Positions 41,345-51,319 of a stretch of 64,000 nt of DNA are shown piece after piece. This stretch comes from Sphagnum compactum. Lineage: Eukaryota. The first letter of the stretch is position 1, and the number at the start of each line of letters is the position of its first letter. The translations under genes were made by a program, and so were the position numbers. The notes under the pieces are model-generated. The model was not told where the DNA came from, ran no database searches, and saw nothing but the letters and a program-made list of their open reading frames with translations. The stretch is taken from the NCBI GenBank assembly GCA_965153455.1, contig OZ234493.1, positions 35,764,213 through 35,828,212 of the forward strand, written 5' to 3'.

Positions 41345-41930
41345 AAACCCCTTGGTTGCACACAGCTTGGCACGAATCCCTCCCTACCTGCACCTCCCTA
41401 TATAACTTGCGATTGGACACAAAAACACTCTGAAAAGAGCCGGGAGCAACGCAATTATGTGAGACAAAATTCAACAAAAAGACGTCACCATGTCTCTGGG
41501 AATCCACCCAGCAGTCAATTACTTATGACTACACAAACAAAAATATACACCGGTCTTGAAGAGCAAAAGGAAATAAGAAAGTTCGTGCTTCACGACGGAG
41601 GCGTGACATGATCGACGTCCTGCAAGAAATAAATCTCCCAGGCTGCATCAAAACTGCAATTCTCAGCTGCAGGGTCTCAAAAACTAGAATTTTTTTTTGG
41701 TGTTTTTCTTTTTTGTTTTTGGGATCAATTTACAACGACCGAACGGATCCCAGTACCCGACGCGTATATAAAATTTGCAGTAGCCTAGTGCGAATCAGAG
41801 ACATCGATCATCGAGCTATAAAAGATTCGAGCGTCATGAGGATGATCTGAGCTACACCCTTAAAATAATTATACTAAAGCTACTGCAGGCTCGTGAGCGA
41901 ATCGTGCCAAGCCGAGGCGACGAAGGGACG
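41345..41930 (-). ncRNA. MIR536: MIR536 precursor hairpin, copy 2 (mature miR536 at 41355-41376; star arm ~41900-41922)
   Basis: Identical 22-mer at 41355-41376 (minus strand). The complementary arm is at 41884-41930 (tgcaggctcgtgagcgaatcgtgccaagccgaggcgacgaaggga), and the stem extends to cctgca/tgcagg. Confidence 0.9.
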
Positions 41931-42171
41931 GCATCAAACCTAATGTAACCTTAAGTACTGCAACTGGAATATCAGATCTCAATTGAACTTGCTCGATGCA
42001 GGGGAAGAATTGCAGGAAGGTGCTAGCTAGCTTGCAAGCTAGCTGTGATGTGCCTTGCAAAACTAGCAGCTAGAACTCCATGCCTGCAAATGAATGACGG
42101 ATCATGCTGCAGAATATTATTATACAAATAAGATGTGGACTTGCTGCAGGAGAACTATCTAAGCTGCTTGC

Positions 42172-42177
42172 TTTATA
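42172..42177 (-). promoter_or_regulatory. TATA box of MIR536 copy 2
   Basis: CTATAAAG on the minus strand about 240 nt upstream of the hairpin. Confidence 0.55.
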
Positions 42178-42282
42178 GCACACAATTTTGCAGATGACGA
42201 GTGCAGAAGAAGAACCAGACATATAATTCATTTCAATTGCCGTTGTTGTTTTTCTTTTTTTCTTTCTTTTTGTTTTGGTTTG

Positions 42283-42303
42283 TTTTGTGTGGAACAGCGC
42301 AAT
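42283..42303 (-). promoter_or_regulatory. Conserved 21-bp upstream element of MIR536 copy 2
   Basis: Identical to 27634-27654; about 105 bp upstream of the TATA box. Confidence 0.6.
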
Positions 42304-44899
42304 CAATGCAAAGGACTACGACTCACCACACCATCCACCTCTCCTAGAACGCTGACGACCCTTTTTCCCGCTAAAAAGATCAGATTTGTCGGCCACAAAG
42401 CGTGAGCAAGAATCAAAACAGAAAGACGGTGGCACGCAGGGCCCAGGAGGAGGCCGCCGGGGGGGGGGGGGGGGGCCCTCCACCCACCCATGCTCTAGAT
42501 CAGTAGCTGCTATTCTGGCTCGAACTAGACACGTGTATGTATGTTTTCAGCTCCTTCCAAGACTTGTTTCTATTTGAAATCAGGCCTATTCCTTAAACTT
42601 GTTGCACTGGGCTAGCCACTAGAGGGTCATGTCTAGACTCAATTATATACATATCATGTACATCTCTCACTAGTACCCACTATCTCATATCATATTAGCT
42701 AACTTTAGCAATTTTATTTTATTTCAATATTTATATTCGATCACATGTAGTTAAACCTCTTAACAAGTTACTCTTACATTAATGATGTTTGTTTTAACAA
42801 CTCACATCAATTATATATTTTAACATAAATTTTTCACATGTTAAAATTTATTATTAGGTTTTCACATTATTCAATTTATTTGCATAAATTTAGTCATTAT
42901 TGTACATATTTTGATAGAATATTAAATGAACCATGATTTCTTTTTTACAATGCAAAATTTCAATGGTGGAGATTTTGTGTAATTGCCAAATTTTAGCCAT
43001 CCGAAAATAGTGATTTAAAAACTGCATGCTTCATTAAATTCATTGATCAAAAGATTTAGAGTTGGATCTTGATCTTGTAAGACGTTGAACTTCATGGAAA
43101 AAACTTTTGCATGACCGAAATCCATGCAATAATTAGATCAACATGAGTTGAATGTTTCATGATAATTCTATTGCAAGTACACATGTAAGTCAATTCATTT
43201 CTCAATTTTAGAATGGAATTAAAGTTAGATTGCATGAATTGTTATTTGTGCTCATGTCATGTATGATAGTTAATCACATGATGATTTTTTTTTGTGAAGA
43301 AAAGTAATTTGATATTTTAATTATTGCACTCACTATTAATAATTACAATTATAATTTAAAGGTTCAACAACATATGAACGAAACTTTTTATCTAATTCAA
43401 TGTTTGCAATATTACAACGATCAAAACAAATATGAGATTACCCTTTTATCACATATATGAAAATATGTAGAGGCACGTGAAATGAAGTGAGATGAATTGA
43501 CTGGTATTGAGTTCTTATCGGGTTGCGGGGGGTGTGGGTATTAGTGCTTAGACGAAGTACTGCAGAACTTGCTCAAAAGGTAAAAGACTTGTCTAAATTG
43601 ACGAGATAAATGAGATGTGATTCTTATCTTCCATGTGCATTGTTTCATGATTGTGGATCTATATATACTCTTAGGTAGTGAAGAAACATTCGTAGCACAT
43701 GGAACAACAAATTAAGCTGCTGGCCAGGGCGATGATCATGTGAAGATAGATTTTATACATATAGATCGTGTGTGTGCGAGACGAGACCTACATCTATACT
43801 ATTAGAGTGCAGTTTGGTAGCTGCCATCCTTACCTGCAAAAATAAGGCAATGTTCATGTACAGCTGATCATCATAGAATTAATGCAGCGCCACACATATA
43901 TATATATAGAAGCTGTGTGGTGCATGCTGAAAGTTCTTTACTTTTCATGGTACCTGCTGGCCAGCTCCTCGATGACCATCCGTTTGATCTTTCTATATTA
44001 GAGCCGTCCTGCAGGAGTTGTTACGAATCTTTTCAGATGCAGCTGTACATGCACGATTGTATGGGGCGGGGGGGTAGCCCCCACATATTGATGATCAGTC
44101 ATAAAATTCAAAAAAGTCCTTGCATCCAGGTCGATGGAGTGAGGATCAAAAGCAACCCAACGTTTTGTCCACCAAGTATCCACATCGATCATCATGATGA
44201 CGTTAGACAGTGTAACTTATACTCAGTCCTGACATGCAGGTGCAGATTGGATGACTACTTTTATCACTGAATCCTTGTAGGCTTGAGCATTGCAGTAATT
44301 AAAACTTCAATACTACATGATGATATATACGCTGCTGATCGGGAGATACATTACATTTGGAGCCTTAATTACTAATGCAGCTAGTACCTAGTTGCAAATT
44401 GCAATGGTGGTATAATCTCGATTGCTAGCTTTGAAATGCAGATCCTTGATTATCATGCATCACTCCGTCACTCCATAGTCCAAAAGAATATTCTACAAAA
44501 AGAAAAATTCGTGATGGCAGCAACTCGAGCGTTCATCATGATAACCCTACTGCAGCAGCATTAATTTTTGTTTAAATTCTTCATGAGACTAACTAGTCCC
44601 AATGCAGATCATTTCTGTTTCCATCAATTAATTCTAGAAAAATGCCGTACTATTTAAGCTGTATTCATGTCCGATACCCTCACCAGCTAGCTCTATATGA
44701 AAATCAGATGCACACTCATGAATTATCAGTAAGTAGCTAGCTGATTCCTGAATCCTGATCCAGACCTACATCAATTCATGCATGCAGCTGTGATCCTGCT
44801 GGTTCTTTCCCGTGGTGTCAATATAGGTCTTCATGTAAAGTGTGAGAATCCATGCACTGCTTTTCTCCACCAGCTCCTCTTCCCTTTTTGCCAATTATT

Positions 44900-45715
44900 C
44901 CACTCAGCTACTAGGCTTCTAGATGTCCAGACTTTCCTTTCATACTAGAGGACATGTATTGCTCTTGTTCCTTTGACACTCATGGGAGATGAAGTCCACT
45001 CAGCTACTAGGCTTCTAGATATCCAGACTTTCCTTTTCACACTAGAGGGCATGTATTATTGCCCTTGTTCCTCTCACACTGTTGGGTCTTCTCCCATTGC
45101 TTTCACACTGGGACACAAGAATTACCCTTTGCTTTCACACTGGGACATAAAAATTACCGTTTGCTTTCCCACTGGGACATAAGAATTGGGCCCTTTGCTT
45201 TCACACTGGAAAATAAAATTCCTTTCACACTGGGACTTAAGAATTGACCTTCGGTTTCACATGGGAACATAAATTGCCTTTCACACTGGGACATAAGAAT
45301 TGCCCTTTGCTTTCAAACTGGAACATAAATTGCCTTTCACACTGGTACATAAGAATATCCCTTTTCTTTCACACCAGAACATAAATTGCCAAATTCATAC
45401 TGGGACATAAGAATTGCTCTTCGCTTTCAAACTGGAACATAAATTGCCTTTCACACTGGTACGTAAGAATATCCCTTTTCTTTCACACCAGAACATAAAT
45501 TGCCTTTCACACTGGGACATAAGAATTGCCCTTTGCTTTCAAACTGGAACATAAATTGCGTTTCACACTGGTACATAAGAATATCCCTTTTCTTTCACAC
45601 CAGAACATAAATTTGCCTTTCACACTGCACATAAGAATTGTCCTTTGCTTTCACACCACAACATAAATTGCCTTTCACACTGGGACATTTCCCCTCACTT
45701 TTCACACTGGGACTA
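44900..45715. repeat. Tandem repeats: ~96-bp duplication (44900-45070) followed by a ttgcctttcacactgg(g/a)acataa minisatellite
   Basis: About 20 units of 25-32 bp with alternating variants forming higher-order repeats. Confidence 0.88.
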
Positions 45716-48700
45716 CATTCATAATTTATACTCCAAATCCCTTGAATGTTATGAAACCATCAATGAACATTGAGTTTATGGTAATTTTGAACACAAATTT
45801 TGAAAAGCTTTTATGTAGTGAAAGTACAATATTTTTGTAATTTTTATGTAATGTTTTTTGGTTCATATATATATATATATAAAGGCTTACTTTTATTCTC
45901 CATTTATCTAGCTAGCAAGGATCAAGAGTTGTATATTTTATTGAAATTGTTGATAATTCATTTTGCCAAAGATTAATTGCACCTACAAAATAGACGAAGT
46001 TCAATTTAGAAGCTTTTTGCATTTAGTTCAATTTGAACACATATAAATTATCATAAAACCCTTTATTTATTCACATATTGGATTCTTGAGAAGTATAACA
46101 ACTCAATTTAATTATCGAGTTTATGAAAAAATAAAACAAACTGCATTCAAGAACCAAAAACTATGAACAGTGCCAAGCACAAAACACATAAGTTTTTAAT
46201 TTAGAGCTAAATTTGTTTCCTTTGGAGGATGTGATCAAATGTCAAGTAAAATATATAGGTAGTTGATCACAATTCTGTTGAAGGCTACAAGTTCATGAAT
46301 TGTCAATCTTCCTTTGTTGGACAATGGCATCAACTAATATATTTTTCTAAATGAGATTAATTCATAGAGGCAACCAAAGAGTTCACAATGAACTCAACAA
46401 TGCACATTTTGCAACACACTCCTCCCAAATATGTAATTTATAACATATTGAGATGAAATAGTGTTACTTGACCATTTGTCCACTTGGGGTCTAATAGTTT
46501 GCACAAGCTATAGACCCAAAAATTCCTTTTCTTTAGGAGCTATGAACATAGATGCCTCTTGATTGCATATGAGGACCCCTTTAATAAACTTGGGCTCTGC
46601 ATAGATATGCATTACCAACGACAATCGTTTCTTATGTTTTCATATTTTTTCAATAGTTTATCATTATTTATGTCAATGTCAAATTTAATTTGAATTAATA
46701 TAAATACCATGGACATGAAAAGGCTTATGTTAATCTTTTCATATCCATGCTGGTGGGTATGGAAGATGAATGTATTACACACTCCCCAATGTTTAAGATA
46801 GTGGATAACAAAGGATAAAACATTTGCCTTGAAGGCTTTCACAAGTTTGAACGCTTGTGAGAATGAAAGGGGTGAAAATTTGTGAAGCACCAAAAGGGGT
46901 CCCTAACCTTACATAAAACATTTTGAAAGAAAAAAAAAAGTTCATTAACCACTTAATTGCCAACCTAGAGAACATGTTACATTTGACAAACCTATGCCCA
47001 TGTAAGTTCATGGGGTTTATAAGCCCATTACAAATGCAAAAGGATTTTTTCCAAAATGATTTATGAACAAAGTCTTACAACAAATTAAAACCAAGGATTA
47101 TATATATGCCTGCATAGGTACGAAGTTTAGCAAATAATTAAAATTAATATTTAAGTAAAACATTAAGATCATTTGTTAACTTTTTAAAAATTTGCCTTGT
47201 TTACTGACCTAAAAAAGTTGATGTTGTGTTTAAGGTTTTTTTTTCATGATTCTAGTTTTGGTTTTGGATCTAGCAAAAGTGTTAATGCATGGTTTAGTGG
47301 CTCATTTTTTGAAAAAAAAAATCCACACAAAGTTCATTTTATAGTGTTAATTTGGTAAACTTATTTGGGTTGATCATTGGTTAAATGGAAATAAAATCCA
47401 TGTATCAAAAGAAACCCAAGTAATGATGTTGGAAGAATATGCACTTATGAAAAAAAGAAAATTGAAAATCATTTGGGACAACAAAAACTCTAAGGGCTTA
47501 TGAAAATGTGATTAAATTTTGGCCATTCAAAAATCCCTTGTTAGAAGGGACTATTTAGCTATGATTTTTGACAGAAAAAATTCACATGAACATTAACTAG
47601 TTCATGTTACACCACATACTAAGTCATTATAATATGAAATTTGGAATGACAATCAATATATGAACTCTTCAATATTCTATTGTTCCAATTAATTAACTAG
47701 TCCATATTTTTGCATTTAAAAAAATCCACTATTAGAAATGGACGTACTTTTTTCAAAAATCAATTACCCATATGCATTCATAATGAAGTTGTAAATTTAA
47801 AATCAAGTCCTAATTGGTAATAATGTAATTAATTTCAATGTAATTAAAAAAATGACATAAAAATGAGCCACCCATTAATGCATACACCCAAAAGGTGAAT
47901 TCTACAAAATTTCATTTTTTGTGCTCTTTCTAACAAAAGGGTGTTAGCTTGGTTCTAGGATGTAAGAACTTTACCTTAAACCTTTGGATTTAACATTGTA
48001 AACTAAATATTTTCATAACATTGGTTTGAACCAAACGCATTGTTGTAAAAATGAATTTCATTAATTTAAAATTTTTTTTCTTTCAATCATCAATGTTAAG
48101 ATTGTTTTTAATTTTTGAAAAGGAATGGTGCACATTTGATAAGGAAAATAGATGTTTAAAAAATAAAGATGTTTGAGCATTAAATTAATGTGCAAAAGAA
48201 CTTTTGATTTGCAACAAATTTTAGCATTAAATAATGGAACATATTCTAAAAATATTGATAATTCAAATTATTGTGCCCTCCTTATGAAGTTTTAGAATAT
48301 AAAAATATAACTTTAAGTAATATCCACCCCTTTAAGTGATCCCTTTGATTGTGTTTTCCAACCTAACATTGCCAATTAATTAATAACAAGGTAACATAAC
48401 AACATGTTTGAGATACATAACAAATAAGATTATGGCATCTGTGTGTTTATAATAAATGTCATTACTTTTGACACTAGGCATGTGAATGTTTTTAATATCC
48501 AAACAATGAACACAAAAATGTTAATTATCATGTGAAGGTCATAATTGTGAAAAAGCAAAAAGGGAACAACAAGATGAAAAACCAACAAATTTTCAGGAGC
48601 TTGAAATGGCAACATTCATCAACAAATTGTTCAAAGATAAATATACAAGATTATGTCCATTACACCAATATGCATCCAAGTTCATTTTGTGTCTCACTAA

Positions 48701-48724
48701 ATTTTGAACAAAATTGGACAAATT

Positions 48725-49974
48725 TACCATGGTGAAAGTGAACAACCCTTTAGGAAATAGGGACAAATTGTTATGGACAAGTGTATTCACTAATAACTAA
48801 TTAAATTCACCAATAATTAATCAAATTCACTAATAATTAAATCATTAACAATAAATTCATTAATAGTTAAATCATCAATAATAAATTCATTAATAGTTAA
48901 TTCGAACTTAAGTTAGGCATCTAGGAACCTAACCCACATATACACTTAGGGCTCCACCAACGCAAGGTGCAAGCGTGAAAATTTGAACTCTTTGCCTTCT
49001 TTCATATCCATGTTTAAGGAACAAGTCTTTAACCATTGAACCACTATTTAAATGGGTAATATTTTTTTGTCATCACATGTTATTATGCACATTCTTTTTT
49101 GACTTAAGCTATTCTTGGCAATTTTTGGTTATTTTATTAGAAATTATTTTACCATTGATTATTCTTGGTTATTTTATCATTGACTACTATTGGTTATTTT
49201 TCGTTATTTTATTATATGCTATTTTTTGTTATTCTATAATTGGCTATTGTTGACTATTTTATTGTAGGTTATTTTTAATTAATTTAGGCTAATTTACCAT
49301 AGGCTATTGTTATTTATTTTAGGTTATTTTTTATACGTTATTTTGGGCTATTCTATCATAGGTTATTGTTGGTTATTTTATCATAAATTATTTTTGGCTA
49401 TTCTAGGTTATTTATCATATGCTATTTTGACTATTCTATTGTTGGCTATTATTGACTATTATATTGTAGGATATTATTTGCTATTTTAAACTATTTTGTT
49501 GAAGATTATTCTTGGCTATAGTAAGCTATTTTATTACAAGTTATCTTAGACTCTATTATTAGTTATTTTAAATTAATCTATCTTAGATTATTCCACCTTA
49601 ATTTATTATATATTATTTTATTATATGTTATTTTACCTTAGAGCATTATATTTATTTTATAGTATTTTAAGTTATTATACCTTAAGATAAACTTATAACT
49701 TAAAGTAGAAAGCTTATAATAAGTTAGGATACCTAAAGATAGAATAACTTTTAATAGTTTAGAGCATAATAATTTATGATAACTTGTAATAATTTATAAT
49801 AATTTAGAGTATAAATTAGAATAACTAAGGTAGCTTAAAATAACATAAGATATATTATAAACAAACTAAGATACTTAAAATAACATAAGATATATTATAA
49901 ACAAAACTAAGATACTTAAAATAACAACACATGTTGTATGGCAAGGGCTACAACTAAAATTTTTCACCATAGTG
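48725..49974. mobile_element. Degenerate CACTA-like non-autonomous element
   Basis: Right end tttcaccatagtg (reverse complement CACTATGGTGAAA); left end taccatggtgaaa (11/13 match). Internal TTATT-rich repeats flip to AATAA-rich near 49690. The TSD is not preserved. Confidence 0.5.
48968..49046 (-). pseudogene. tRNA-like module inside the degenerate CACTA element
   Basis: TAGTGGTTCAATGGTTAAAGACTTG...GAGTTCAAATTTTCACGCTTGCA, homologous to the other three modules. Confidence 0.5.
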
Positions 49975-50125
49975 TAAATGAAGGTGGTGAACAAATATTC
50001 TCGATGTGCATGGAATAAGGAAGAATTTTGTTATTTGTAGAAGCAATATAAGAGATATCCATGTTACATGTGGGTATTGTTTGACACGAGCAAAACATGT
50101 TTGTTTTTTTTTGCAAAATATTATT

Positions 50126-50345
50126 CACACTAGATCATTGTTTCCAAATGTTAGTTTATTTTCGCCAAAACATCCACACTAGATCATTGTTTCCAAATGT
50201 TAGTTTATTCATGCAAAACATCCACACTAGATTATCATTGTTTCCAAATGTTAGTTTATTTTCGCAAAACATCCACACTAGATCATTGTTTCCAAATGTT
50301 AGTTTATTATTATGCAAAATATGCACACTAGATCATTCATTGTTT
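50126..50345. repeat. Tandem repeat, ~4.5 x ~49 bp
   Basis: Unit cacactagatcattgtttccaaatgttagtttattttcgcaaaacatc. Confidence 0.88.
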
Positions 50346-51319
50346 GGGTGATTATAAAAAGGGTTCATTTTCATAATTAAGAGCGAAAAGTAGCCTAAAC
50401 TTAATGTGGGATTTTACCCAAAAAAAAACTTTCGTTATAAAAAAGAAGACACAATTTGGGGCGTGTGTCTGTTGTAACTTGTAAGCAACTAACTCATCAT
50501 CAAAAAAGACAATTTCAGTCAAAAAAGACAATTTCAGTTAAAAAAGACAATTTCAGTTAGAGAAAGAAAGAAAGAAAGAAAGAGAGACATGTTGTTTTGC
50601 TTGACTAAATAGGAAGGAGATTGATTCCACACACATTTCTCATGGATACATACATACACATTCTTTCTCCAAACACATGGTCCATTCCTAAACTGGGTTT
50701 CAACAATTATGATATATTATGGTGGAGGCAATGGCATGGCATTAATGCTAGCATTTTCCCAACTTTTCAATTCTGCAGTTGCAAATGCATACCCATGAAT
50801 TGCACCACCACAAGAAATGGTATACTCAAAATTGACATGAATTTTTTTTTGTTAGCACCCATTATGGTAGAAAGTTTTCAATGCTGCATGTTGCAAATTG
50901 TGCATCACTGAATTGCACATTCACAAGGAATTTGGTGTTTGAAAACTGATTTGAAAGAAGGAAGAAGTTGATGGAATCCATTGATGGAGGAAGAGGAGGA
51001 GGAAGAGGAGGTCTAGAGTTGAATTCATGCTGGAAGAAACTAACTTCTTTAGTGCATTTCTAGAATCTGGCATCACAAATTGTAGCAGTTGTTGCACCAA
51101 ATTGTGCAATTGTGTTGCACATTTGAAAGGAAAGAAGAAGATGCAATCCCATTGATGATGAGGGAGGGAGGAGAAAAGAAGAAGTTGTTGATGGAGTCCC
51201 ATTGATGGAGGAGGAGAAAACAAGAAGAAGAAGAAGAAGAAGAAGTTGATGCAATCCCATTGATGGAGGAGGAGAAGGAGAAGGAGAAGGAGAACAGGAA
51301 GGAGGAGGAGGTCTAGACG

